Part shown: piece by piece, positions 25,042 through 35,200 of the stretch
How positions within the stretch are numbered: the stretch's first letter is position 1
Layout: each line of letters begins with the position of its first letter
Origin: a virus
Taxonomy: Duplodnaviria; Caudoviricetes
Direction: 5' to 3' (one strand)
Length of the DNA: 64,000 nucleotides
Virus record (IMG/VR): IMGVR_UViG_3300031992_000021
Span: 32,001 to 96,000 of that record
Made by a program: the position numbers and the translations under genes
Notes under the pieces: model-generated
Database searches by the model: none
The model's input: only the letters and a program-made list of their open reading frames with translations
What the model was told of the DNA's origin: nothing

Positions 25042-27159
25042 TCAGACATCGTTGCAGCAGGCGTGATCAGACATGTGCGACACTGCCGTGAACACGTCTG
25101 TCCAGCTGAGCTCGTCTATAGTCTTGTCGCCGTCCTTCTTCGGATTGTACTTCTTGACCTGAAGGGCATGCTTCGACTGGTTGTACCTGATCCCGACGAG
25201 AAAATCCATGTCAAGATTCAGCTTGCTGCTCTTCGGGAACGTTACCTTCAGCGTAATGTGCCTGCCGCATGCTTCTCCTCCAGCAGACGAATCCTTCTTG
25301 ACCTCGAATTTGCCAACGGAGTCGCTTGTCATTGACATCGAAGTGTCGATAGACAAAAGCGACTTTTTGGTAGGGCAAGGCACATTGAGCGTGACGGTCA
25401 CATCCTGAGGATTGATTGTGCAGTCCTGCTTGTTGACCTGCCAAAAGTTCGTGGACTGTTGTATTCCAGCCGTCACATTCTTGAACTGAGGCTTGATCTT
25501 GAGCTTCTTCCACCCTGACTCCGCATTGATAGGACATGGTATGTCAAGCCTGATGTCAGGCTGATAGTGCTCGACGGTGCAATTCTTCCTATCCACGATC
25601 ATCCAGCTTGCCGACTGCGTGGATGTATATCTTGCCGCATGCTGGTATTTATACTTCAGCTTGAAGCGAAGCCTGTACCTGTCATTGCCGATCGAGACCC
25701 ATGGAGGCGTTGAAACGGTGAACGGACATTTAAGATTAAGCCTAAACTGCTTATCAACGACCTGAAGTCTGCACGACTGTGAATCCGCCGTAAGGAAACT
25801 AGACGATACGCTGCTTCCAGAAGATCCCCATCCTATTTTAGCCCTGAACTTCGGGAAGCTCTCGCCAGGCTTCCTTCTCACCGGGCAAGGAAGGTTAAGC
25901 CTGATGTCTATCGGCAACGGCTCTATAGTGCAAGATGAAGAGTTCATCTTGATGTAGCTCACCGATGCAGAACCTGACGAACTCCCGTATTTGATCTTCA
26001 GCTTCATGTGAGGAGGCTTCTTTGCCCCCCCTGCACCCTCTTCCTTATGCACCTTTATCGGGCAAGGAATCTGAAGGTTCAGCTGGACATCGCTTCCCTT
26101 TATGAGACATGACTGCGAGTCGGCCTTTAAGAAGCTGATAGATGCGCTTCGATTGGAAGATCCCCAGTCTAGCCTTGCTCTAAGCTTCGGGAAGCTCTCG
26201 CCAGGCTTCCTTCTCACCGGGCAAGGAAGGTTAAGCCTGATGTCTATCGGCAACGGCTGTATGGTACACGATGACGGGTCTGTCTTTATGTAGCTTACAG
26301 ATGCAGAGCTGCCCGACATCCCGTACTTCAACTTTATCTTGAGGTGCGGGTCTTTGTTCTCCGGCTTCTTTATCGGGCAGGGAACTTCAAGATTGAGCGT
26401 CGGGGACAGCGGCTCTATTGTGCATTCCTTTACGTCGCGTCTGACATAGCTTACCGATACGCTATTGCCAGACTTTGCAAAACGAGCCTTTGCCCTTATC
26501 TTGGGAACATTGTCGTTTCTGCCGATTACTGGGCAGGGAAGGTTGAGGTGCAGAGTTGGAGACAGCGGCTCGATCTCGCATTTCTGCGTATCGGTCTTGA
26601 TGAAGCTTGCTGACGCAACCTTGTCTCCTTCTCCGTACGAAATGCCTATCTTGATCTTCTTTCCACTGGCGTCATTCACCGGGCAGGGGATGTTCAGGTT
26701 GATGTCTATGTCCTTCGCCTCGACCGTGCAGCTGTCGGTGTTGGTCTTTATGTACGATTCGTCCGCAGACGCCTTGCCGGTCCCGTACCCGATCTTCATC
26801 TTTATCTTCTTGGATCCTCCTTCGAGGATAGGGCACGGGATCTGAAGGTTGAAGTTCGATACGTAGTTTCCCTCGCAGCAGTCGCCGCTTGCGGTGAAAT
26901 CAGCGCTCGCGCCGAACTTCCTGTCCTTGCTGTACTTGAAGTTGAGGGCGTACTTGATGTTGACGCACGCGCACGATGGCGGAACCGGAATAAGAATCGG
27001 AGTGTCCACTATCTCCGGAGGTATGTCCGGCATCGTGGGGTCTATTGTCTCGCAGTACGGAAAGTCGTCGAACTGGTTTATGTCTACATTGCCACGATCG
27101 CACCCATCACCTGAAAGGAATGGGCGTCTGTTGCAAGACTTCTGACCGCTTTTTGACAT
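25042..27159 (-). CDS. Cys-repeat fibre-like protein (about ten 52-60 aa repeats)
   Basis: Ten L-x-(I/L/V)-(P/K)-C-P motifs, each preceded by a second Cys about 13-14 residues upstream. Confidence 0.7.
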   Translation of the reverse strand: MSKSGQKSCNRRPFLSGDGCDRGNVDINQFDDFPYCETIDPTMPDIPPEIVDTPILIPVPPSCACVNIKYALNFKYSKDRKFGASADFTASGDCCEGNYVSNFNLQIPCPILEGGSKKIKMKIGYGTGKASADESYIKTNTDSCTVEAKDIDINLNIPCPVNDASGKKIKIGISYGEGDKVASASFIKTDTQKCEIEPLSPTLHLNLPCPVIGRNDNVPKIRAKARFAKSGNSVSVSYVRRDVKECTIEPLSPTLNLEVPCPIKKPENKDPHLKIKLKYGMSGSSASVSYIKTDPSSCTIQPLPIDIRLNLPCPVRRKPGESFPKLRARLDWGSSNRSASISFLKADSQSCLIKGSDVQLNLQIPCPIKVHKEEGAGGAKKPPHMKLKIKYGSSSGSASVSYIKMNSSSCTIEPLPIDIRLNLPCPVRRKPGESFPKFRAKIGWGSSGSSVSSSFLTADSQSCRLQVVDKQFRLNLKCPFTVSTPPWVSIGNDRYRLRFKLKYKYQHAARYTSTQSASWMIVDRKNCTVEHYQPDIRLDIPCPINAESGWKKLKIKPQFKNVTAGIQQSTNFWQVNKQDCTINPQDVTVTLNVPCPTKKSLLSIDTSMSMTSDSVGKFEVKKDSSAGGEACGRHITLKVTFPKSSKLNLDMDFLVGIRYNQSKHALQVKKYNPKKDGDKTIDELSWTDVFTAVSHMSDHACCNDV
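25849..26258. repeat. 74-bp exact direct repeat (25849-25922 and 26185-26258)
   Basis: Identical CTTCGGGAAGCT...CAACGGCT copies 336 bp apart, in frame (both encode PLPIDIRLNLPCPVRRKPGESFPK). Confidence 0.9.
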
Positions 27160-27166
27160 ATTGGAT

Positions 27167-27195
27167 ATTATACCATTTGGAAGGCCTGAATTGAA
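27167..27195 (-). promoter_or_regulatory. Promoter TTCAAT-N17-TATAAT with TG extension; leaderless start at 27159
   Basis: The ATG lies 7 nt after the -10 hexamer, with no SD. Confidence 0.7.
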
Positions 27196-27198
27196 GCG

Positions 27199-28077
27199 TC
27201 ATCCTTCTGTCTGTTCCGATTCCGAATCCGCCACTGGATTGCAGATATCGACGAGCTCCCTGCCGGCGACTATCTCTATGCACGGTATGGTCATTCCGTT
27301 GCACTTGGATTTCGCATCCATTACGGTGTAGCTTCTTCCCTGTGAAACGCCGACGCCCTTTCCGCCGCGCAAAACGATGTTTCCATTGTTCACGGCGTTC
27401 TGTCCGCAGAAGAAGAAAAGCGGGCGCCTGCAATCCCTCGATCCTGCATCCCCGAAGTCGAACTTGCACGGATCGTATCCGTATCTACGTCCTACACGCA
27501 CGAACACCTTGCCGCCGTATATGATCGGACTTGTGCGGTATCCATCCTCAAGAACGACATCACCCGAAGCATTAGACGCGGAGTCGTGTCCCGAGACGCC
27601 CTCGCTTCCGTTCACCGATATGCCGTCAACGCCCATCCCGTCCGACACCCTGACAACCCTCGAATCGAGCACCGGCGAATCAAGCTTCCATTCTCCGTCA
27701 CCGACGACGGACCGTATGTACGCATGGCTTGAGAAAACGAGGGACACCGAGGCTCCCCTGATTCCGGATCCCTCCACTACTCCCCTGACGCGCTCGAACG
27801 ATCCATCTCCGATTTCTTCACCGCCTGACAATACGACGCCAAACATCCTTCCGCCGTATACGAAGGCTATTCTCGTGGCGTTTTCGGCAACCTCCACCCT
27901 TGAAACCATAAGACTTTCGTCTCCTCTCGCGTCCGGATCGAACAGCGTAGCGTCAAGGAGAATGCAGTCCAGCCCAGACGTCGGAGACGCCTTCTCGCGC
28001 CATTCTTCGCGCTTCATCGGATATGAGCGGTGACGGTTGTGGTTCAGCCACTCCATCGTCTTCGAGGTAAGTGTCAT
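27199..28077 (-). CDS. Baseplate-associated Cys-rich protein, NxxRxYP paralogue 5
   Basis: WLNHNRHRSYPM N-terminus. Cys-rich C-terminus. Confidence 0.7.
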   Translation of the reverse strand: MTLTSKTMEWLNHNRHRSYPMKREEWREKASPTSGLDCILLDATLFDPDARGDESLMVSRVEVAENATRIAFVYGGRMFGVVLSGGEEIGDGSFERVRGVVEGSGIRGASVSLVFSSHAYIRSVVGDGEWKLDSPVLDSRVVRVSDGMGVDGISVNGSEGVSGHDSASNASGDVVLEDGYRTSPIIYGGKVFVRVGRRYGYDPCKFDFGDAGSRDCRRPLFFFCGQNAVNNGNIVLRGGKGVGVSQGRSYTVMDAKSKCNGMTIPCIEIVAGRELVDICNPVADSESEQTEG

Positions 28078-29150
28078 TCGCTGCCTCCGTTTCCTCCGGA
28101 CAGTCCCGGAACCTGAATAACGACGCCCTTCGAGGTCATTTCGTCGAGCATTTCCCCTTCTGCAAGATCCGCGGAATCGCCCTGTACCACGACCTTAAGA
28201 TCCTCGGTTCTCGGCGACACCGCTCCGTCTTCAAGAGTGATCGAAAGCGGATTCCTTCCCTCTCCCATCACATTCGGAACCACGATGTAGAACGCATTGT
28301 CTGCGCCTTCGGGGATTCCTCCCTCCGGCCGTCCATCCTCCTCGTCAGGAGGTATGAACACCTCCTCGAGATGGTAGTGTTCCGGAAGCGACTCCTCGTC
28401 TGGCAGCGGATCCTTCTCGCATTTGCACGTGTCGGCCATCTCAAAGTGGTTCTCGCGGCGAACCGATGCGCACACTCCGTCCCTGTCCATGTTGAGAAGG
28501 TACAGACGGATCGTATTGTACGAAATCCTGTCGATCCTGAAAGGAGTCTGCCCGTCGACCACGCATATTATCCTCCTGATGGACCCGGAATCCTTGGATC
28601 CCGGCCTCGGCAGCACGTCGAACCTCAGCGTCTTCAGCCCGTCCTTTGTCGTGCTCGACACCCTTATGTCGTCCGACTTCGAGTTCGAGAATGCGACTAC
28701 GCCGGCCGTCTTCACGGATTCCATTACCGACATTGAAGTCACGCCGTCTATCACCACCGGAAACACGCATCCGGCCGCGAAGGCAGCATTCTCCTGCGAA
28801 TACTCCCTGCGAGAACCCCTGCCTGCGAACTCAGACAGCGCCTCTGCGGACGACGCGACGAGCGTTCCTACATGCCTGCCAAGCCCCGAAAGATCGTGGA
28901 ACTCCACGTTCCTTCCGTTCGCCGTCCCCTCCATTATCACGCCAGTGCCGTCCGATATGCTGAACACGCCTGTCTCGGATATCCCTGAAAGGTACACCAC
29001 CCCGGACGGGTTCACAGGGTAGATTGCCGCATCAACGAACACGCCTGACGGTATCTCAGAGTATTCATCTCCGGTCGGAACGCATCCTTCCGCGAAAGGG
29101 TAGCTCCTCAAAGCGTTCTCGTTCTCGAACTCCGCAAATATTCCATCCAT
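28074..29150 (-). CDS. Baseplate-associated protein, NxxRxYP paralogue 4
   Basis: FENENALRSYPF N-terminus. Confidence 0.7.
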   Translation of the reverse strand: MDGIFAEFENENALRSYPFAEGCVPTGDEYSEIPSGVFVDAAIYPVNPSGVVYLSGISETGVFSISDGTGVIMEGTANGRNVEFHDLSGLGRHVGTLVASSAEALSEFAGRGSRREYSQENAAFAAGCVFPVVIDGVTSMSVMESVKTAGVVAFSNSKSDDIRVSSTTKDGLKTLRFDVLPRPGSKDSGSIRRIICVVDGQTPFRIDRISYNTIRLYLLNMDRDGVCASVRRENHFEMADTCKCEKDPLPDEESLPEHYHLEEVFIPPDEEDGRPEGGIPEGADNAFYIVVPNVMGEGRNPLSITLEDGAVSPRTEDLKVVVQGDSADLAEGEMLDEMTSKGVVIQVPGLSGGNGGSE

Positions 29151-29159
29151 AAGACCCTC

Positions 29160-29900
29160 CTAGTGGAACCAGAGCACGATGTTGCCGTTCTCATCCGGAT
29201 TCACGCCATTTATCGAAACTATCGGCGTGGCCCCGCATGCGTCGACGCCAGACGCCTTTGCGCATTCAGACGCAAGCTCAACATCGGCGCCGTCTTCAAG
29301 CGACAGCCTGAACGACTTTCCGGACTTCTCCGACTTCACGTATCCAGAGAAGTCTATCTCCACATCTCCAGACAGGCGCTCTCCGCTTCTCTTGTCTACG
29401 AAGCTCCTGAGAGACGCAGGCCTTGCGACGGCGACGCAGCACTGATGCACTACTACTCCAACGTCACCGTCGAACCTGTCCCTGAAGAAGTACGTCTCAG
29501 GAAACCCAGGAAAGTCGATGTCTCCAAAAGTTACCACGCCGCCGGCGTCCTCGGAGCCGGCGAGCTTTTCGAGCATATACGGGAAATATGGCCTGAACGA
29601 ATCCCTGGACACCGTGACAGAAAGCGATGCGGATCCGCACCTGAAGCATGCCGACACCATGTGGCTCGACACGTGGAAGCTCGACAGAGAAACGCGTGGA
29701 AGCGCATCTGAGTCCGCATGTATCATCTCGGAATGGTCTCCAAGAGCGGCGGGGACGAACAGATGGAGGTCTACTATCGCGTCACGAGACAGCTCCTTTC
29801 CGTCTTTGTCCACCAGAGAGCTTCCGCTCTCGAACGGATACATCCTAAGCGCGTTCTCGTTCTCGAACTGCGCAGACGCCATGTCGACGTAAACACCCAT
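29160..29900 (-). CDS. Baseplate-associated protein, NxxRxYP paralogue 3
   Basis: Start moved to ATG 29900 (GGAGG SD). FENENALRMYPF. C-terminal IVSINGVNPDENGNI fibre motif. Confidence 0.7.
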   Translation of the reverse strand: MGVYVDMASAQFENENALRMYPFESGSSLVDKDGKELSRDAIVDLHLFVPAALGDHSEMIHADSDALPRVSLSSFHVSSHMVSACFRCGSASLSVTVSRDSFRPYFPYMLEKLAGSEDAGGVVTFGDIDFPGFPETYFFRDRFDGDVGVVVHQCCVAVARPASLRSFVDKRSGERLSGDVEIDFSGYVKSEKSGKSFRLSLEDGADVELASECAKASGVDACGATPIVSINGVNPDENGNIVLWFH

Positions 29901-29901
29901 G

Positions 29902-31326
29902 TCACACCTCCACCGTTTTGCGCAGGATGCCAAGGCTTCCGGAACGTCCGCCTTCAGATGAATACGAAAGGCCGACGGATATCGATCCCGAGTATCCTCC
30001 AGTCGAAGCAGCTCCGACCATGTCGTTCTTCACTGACACGAACGCAATGACAAGGGACATGCCAGGCATGACCGTGAACGACTGCCCGACCAAGTCGGAA
30101 GCCGAATTTCCGGACTTCGACTTCGGGACGCCGTTCTCGTCAGACCACGACGCAGAGACCTCCGCCACTACGTCCGAACCTGCGAGCGAATACACAGTCG
30201 CCGTGACAACAGAATACGACGAGTTGCGTAGCGTTGCCGTGAACGCGCACCGCCCCATTCTGCCCTTAACTCCGGTCTCGGCAAGCTTGGGGCTAAGATT
30301 CGCGCCGACAGGCATTCCTGAAAGCGACAGCCTCACGTCAGACAGAGTTGGCCTAGAGAGTCTCTGATTGAAGCGTTTTACCGCTGCTTCGTAGTCTGAA
30401 AGATGCCTGGCAATGTCAGACCTGGCCTGCCTTACGGCGTTAGACAGCGGAACAAGCCTGTCGTTGACGATCGATTCGTACATCGCGCATGTGCAGCACG
30501 CCGTGCACTTGGCGTGAAGCTGGATATGTCCTATCCTCTTGACTACGGCGCCGTTCTCGATCACGGACTCGATCCATGGCTCTATGTCGTAGCACGTGTC
30601 GTTGAAGATCCGGGTATGTCCGTCCGGGCTCATTATGGGAGACTTCACGGACGCCACGTCTTCGCATGAGCACGGTACGGTCCCCATGCCGGCCCCAGGA
30701 ACCGCGCCGATCTGCATCCCGTTCTCATCCGGATCGGATATCAGCATGTTGTTTCCGGGAATTACGGATATGTTCCCCTTGAGGACGAAATGGGGTCCGC
30801 TAGACTTCGGGTTCACTCCGTCGAAGACCCTGATTGACGTAAGTCCTGACGGAGACTTTGCGGCGCATCTTGCGCACAGCCTCAAAAAGGCCCCGTCCCG
30901 CACCGAGGGGGAAGAGCTGCCTGGAGCGGGAGGGGAAATCGACTTTTCGGAGCAGAACGAGAGAAAGTCCCTCAATCCCTCCGACGACATTATGACGACG
31001 TACGATCCGAACGGAGCCCTTCCGCTCAGGATCGGGAATCTCGACGCTGAATCGGATATCGTGACGGACGCAGACATTCCGCCGGCGCATATCGAGAACG
31101 ACATGCGTGAATCTCCGGCCGAGAATCCGCCAATGGAAGGCCATCCGTCCTCGATGTCGGCTCCATACGCATTGACGAAGGCGTCGGCGAAGCATCTTTC
31201 CAGCAGACGCTGCGCCTCGGCGTCCAGGTCAGGGCTTCCGGAGCTCCACGCAAGCGTCTGCCCGTCCTCGAACGGGAACGGCACGAGCATGTTCCCAGAG
31301 AGATATCCGTTTCCCGCGCAGCTCAC
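29902..31326 (-). CDS. Baseplate-associated Cys-rich protein, NxxRxYP paralogue 2 (diverged)
   Basis: Start moved to GTG 31326 (GTGA overlap). YLSGNMLVPFPF. KCTACCTC followed by a coiled coil. Confidence 0.65.
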   Translation of the reverse strand: MSCAGNGYLSGNMLVPFPFEDGQTLAWSSGSPDLDAEAQRLLERCFADAFVNAYGADIEDGWPSIGGFSAGDSRMSFSICAGGMSASVTISDSASRFPILSGRAPFGSYVVIMSSEGLRDFLSFCSEKSISPPAPGSSSPSVRDGAFLRLCARCAAKSPSGLTSIRVFDGVNPKSSGPHFVLKGNISVIPGNNMLISDPDENGMQIGAVPGAGMGTVPCSCEDVASVKSPIMSPDGHTRIFNDTCYDIEPWIESVIENGAVVKRIGHIQLHAKCTACCTCAMYESIVNDRLVPLSNAVRQARSDIARHLSDYEAAVKRFNQRLSRPTLSDVRLSLSGMPVGANLSPKLAETGVKGRMGRCAFTATLRNSSYSVVTATVYSLAGSDVVAEVSASWSDENGVPKSKSGNSASDLVGQSFTVMPGMSLVIAFVSVKNDMVGAASTGGYSGSISVGLSYSSEGGRSGSLGILRKTVEV

Positions 31327-32252
31327 TGCATGGTCTTTCTCGACAGGACGTAGCTCGTTATGAACGCAGTCAGCCTGTCGCCTAGCGACGACACGTTGCC
31401 CGCGAGAGTGTTCACCGAAGTCTGCAGGTCGTTTATCGTCTGGTTTATGAAGGCGGTTTCGGCGCATCCGCAGCATGGCTTTGCGCACTCGTCGGTCATC
31501 CTGATGATGCCGCTGTCGGTGGAGACCTGGATGCAGTCGTCGCCGTCTATGACGACTTCCTCCACCGCTATGCCGTTTATCGACCTTACGAACGACTGCT
31601 CCGACACCTTGCAGTCGCATTCGTCCGTGTATCCGGAGTTCGGATCCGCGCTGACGACGAGCGCGTTTTCGTCCGGCTTGTAGTCGAACCTGATGTTTTC
31701 GCCGGCCACGAGGCTGACATCTCCGGTGAGACGGAGCGAGACGTATCCCGACGAATCCACCGCACGAAGAGACCTCACACCCGAAAGAGACGGCCTGATG
31801 CATGTCGGCTCGATCATGGCCTCGTCAGGGGAGAAGCTGTACAGTCCGTCTGGAGTGCGCTCGAAGAACTCGTCGAGGTCCCCGAGGCACACCACGCCTC
31901 TTGCGTCCACGAACGAACCGGTTCCCGATACGTGGTAGGCGCCGTTCTTCTCGTGTCCGGCCGATGTCGCATAGACCGACATCACCCTGTCGCCGTTCCT
32001 GTCGCAGAACACGAGCGTGACGCTCCCGGAAACCACAGACATCTGTCCGAGGTACAGGAACGGATCCATGTTCGACCCGTCTACAGCCACGGACATGTCC
32101 ACCAGAAGGCAGTTCGGAAGCGTCCATCCGCCATCGACAACCGTGCCGGCGTAGTCGTTCGGCCTCAATCCGCAGCCCTCGTGGAACGGGTACTCGCGGA
32201 GCGAGTTCTCGTTCAGCCATCCAGTGGCTATTGGATTTGAAGATGCAGACAT
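31323..32252 (-). CDS. Baseplate-associated Cys-rich protein, NxxRxYP paralogue 1
   Basis: WLNENSLREYPF. VRSING. ECAKPCCGC followed by a coiled coil. Confidence 0.7.
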   Translation of the reverse strand: MSASSNPIATGWLNENSLREYPFHEGCGLRPNDYAGTVVDGGWTLPNCLLVDMSVAVDGSNMDPFLYLGQMSVVSGSVTLVFCDRNGDRVMSVYATSAGHEKNGAYHVSGTGSFVDARGVVCLGDLDEFFERTPDGLYSFSPDEAMIEPTCIRPSLSGVRSLRAVDSSGYVSLRLTGDVSLVAGENIRFDYKPDENALVVSADPNSGYTDECDCKVSEQSFVRSINGIAVEEVVIDGDDCIQVSTDSGIIRMTDECAKPCCGCAETAFINQTINDLQTSVNTLAGNVSSLGDRLTAFITSYVLSRKTMQ

Positions 32253-35200
32253 TACCTTACGACGCCTTCCTGGTCGACCTCGAGACTGGTCTGACCGTCA
32301 ACTGTGCTGGCAGTCACCTCGTGGTATAGTCCGGTATCCTTGTCTCTCGCATAGAGGTCTGACGGAATCCTCGGAACCGCACCATAGTCGTCGAGAGACA
32401 CGAGAGACCACGAAAGGTTGATAAACCCTATCCCATGCGTGTAAGGCTCCTCATCCTCGGCCTGCATGACGGCTCTCGATATGCGAACCCCGACAAGGTA
32501 TCCGGGCCTCAGCTCCGGTGATATCTCCTGGACGGCGAAATCTGCCGCCGAAGGCAGGCTCTTTCCGAGCACCTTGGCTATCACGTCGTCCTTATCGACG
32601 AGGCTCTTGTCGTCCGTAGTTATGAACACCGGGTCGAAGCCGTTGTACTCTATTCCTCCGTCGGCAGGATGCCCGAACGGGATGAGAACCGTGCGTTCGC
32701 TGTCCGGCTTGAGAAGCGACGTCTTGAGGTTCCTGTACATCATGCCCTCGCCCGCGGAGAAGTCCGGAAGTATGTTGTAGGCGAACTTGATGCACGCGGA
32801 GCGCTTCGACTGTCCTGTGAATCCAGTCTCTCCGAACACGGAAGCAGACACCATGAGCGCGTACTTTCCGTCCGGAAGGTTCGTCGGGACGCGCATCGTG
32901 GCCGTGAATGCGGACGGCGATGCGATCGTGCTGCCGGAGTATCCTCTGAGCCTGATGTACGGAAACATTCCGATCTTCGCCTGCTCGGAGTTCTCGAGCG
33001 CGATGTCCGTGAACTGGTTCCTGTAGGCTCCGTTGTCGAGCGCGATGACAACCGTACCCTGTCCGTCAGGGCAGCCGGCTCTCGATATGACGCTCACGCC
33101 GGCGCCGCCGACAATCCTCTCGACGACTGGGCCGGCTATCAGCACTCCGTCACGGGTGCGCTTGGGCACGTTGAAGCCAGGCGCACCGCCGTTCTCAAGC
33201 CTGAAGTCGAACTCGGCGGCCAGCTCAAGGTCTCCGGTATTTGCGTCGCCGTCAGTTCCGTATCCGTACACCTTCAGAGGAGATCCGGCACGGACCTGGA
33301 GCGACGTCACAGGGCCTGTCGCACCCTGGAATCCGCGAACCCAGTGCATGACCTGCGTCTTGTCGTATGCGGGATCGATCTTGGCGCCCCTCCTGACAAA
33401 GCCCTCCGGCCACGGCTTCTTGCCTCTTTCGGAAGAAAACCAGTGTATGGTGTCCCTGCAGAACGAAACGGTCGGGCTGTCCTTGAGGATGGCCTTGTTG
33501 TCCATCTCTACGCCGTTCACGATGAGCGCGGCGGATTTCGGAGGAACCGGCGGCCAGTAGTTGGCGATCTTCGGATCCATTCCGATCACGTAGTCAAACA
33601 GCGACTCCGGCTCGTAGTCGGTGACGACTCCGGAAACAACCGTTCCCGATCCGACAGACACGCTTCCTTCGCTGTGCTGATGCACGAGCAGGTTGAGGCG
33701 TCCGTCTTCCCTTGCGCTTTTCCACACATAGGAAGAGATGTCTTCGACGATCGGTCCGTCGCTGAGAACCCTCCCGTTTCCGTCGTGCACGACAGACTTT
33801 ATGCCTGTCGCTCCTTTTACCGTGAAATCGCTTCCTTCGACGATTTCAGGATCGGACGTTATGATCGTTCCGTCTACCGAAACCCTTTCGGTGTCGTCGT
33901 ATCCGATGACGAGCAGCTTCGCCGAATTTCCGGAGTTGCTTTCATGTACGGCGAACGAAACGACATCGTCGTTCGGATTGTCCTTTGAAAGAGCCTCAAC
34001 GAGGAACAGGACCGAGTCTGCAAGGCATGTGCCTATTGCAACCGGGGTATTCTCTCCTGAGTACGCGGATGTGTCAGCCGTAAATTCATACGTCTTGCCG
34101 CCGAACGAGAACTCGTCTCCGTCTGAAATCGACGCTATGGAACAGATCTGAAGCACATCGGGGAACACGACCTTCACAGAGGTGCGTATGGAATCGAACC
34201 TGCCTCTGATGGATACCGTCACGCCGCTGCCGTCTCCGGCAATTCCTCTTGCCTCGTGGTCAAGCCATCCCCTGCCGGCCTCTGGAAACACGAGGTCCTC
34301 CCAGGTCCTCTGGTTTGCCGACAGATTGGAGTATGCGTTTGACGGGCCCGAAGCCGGCAGAGAGAGCCTTGCGGTGAGCCCGTTTGAAATCTTGACCTCC
34401 TCGTCAGGAGCGTGGATCTGCACCTTGAAGCTTTCCGACTCCTTGCCGTTCTCCCTCCAGCGAAGGACGACACCTGTAGGCCAGTCTGCGGAACTCTGGT
34501 CTAGGTAGAAGGAATATGAAACTTCCTTGTCTGAAGTCCATGTTCCGCCGAACCTAAGCGCCAGAGGGCCTACCTGCGCGTCTGAGAAAGTCTCGTCTAT
34601 CGGCAGATAGCCGGCTGTCGACTTTGTGCCTGCCGGGCGTGCGGTCAGCACCGCGGTCCTGTGGATGTGGGACGTGCCGATGTCGAGGAACTGAGGTGAC
34701 ACGATCGCCATTCCGTCGAATCCTCCAGAAACGACACCTCCCGATATCGTGCAGACGTAGATGAGCGGACCGTTCGGGTCTGCCGTCAGCCTTCCGGCCT
34801 CGTTTGCGGAAAGATAGTACCTTCCAGGACGGTACTTCTCTCCGGATTCCAGCATGTTCGACACCATGAACGGCGAACCGCCCGGATTGAGGTTCAGGCT
34901 TCCGTACACGATCACATTGCCGGTACTTCCGCTCTTGGACTGAAGAATCCCCACCGTAAATGCAGAATCGGCGGCCTTGAAGTCGTCGTACAGGCTCATC
35001 GTTGCCTTGGCCGCGGCAAACCTCTGGGTCTCGCTGTCGAGATAGACCACGTTGCCGACATCGGGTTCCTTGCCGGTGTCAGTCGACAGATTGACTCCGG
35101 TAAGAATGACAGACGACATCTTTCCGCTCGCCAGAAGCTCCTTCAGCCTTGCGTACAGGTACGAAGTCCTGTCGCCAAGCTGTCCTATTGGCACGTTGAG

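Noticed and set aside
25849-26258. Diversity-generating retroelement TR/VR pair or CRISPR repeat
   Set aside because: There are only two copies, identical with no adenine-specific mismatches, both in frame within one gene. No reverse transcriptase or cas gene is in the window.
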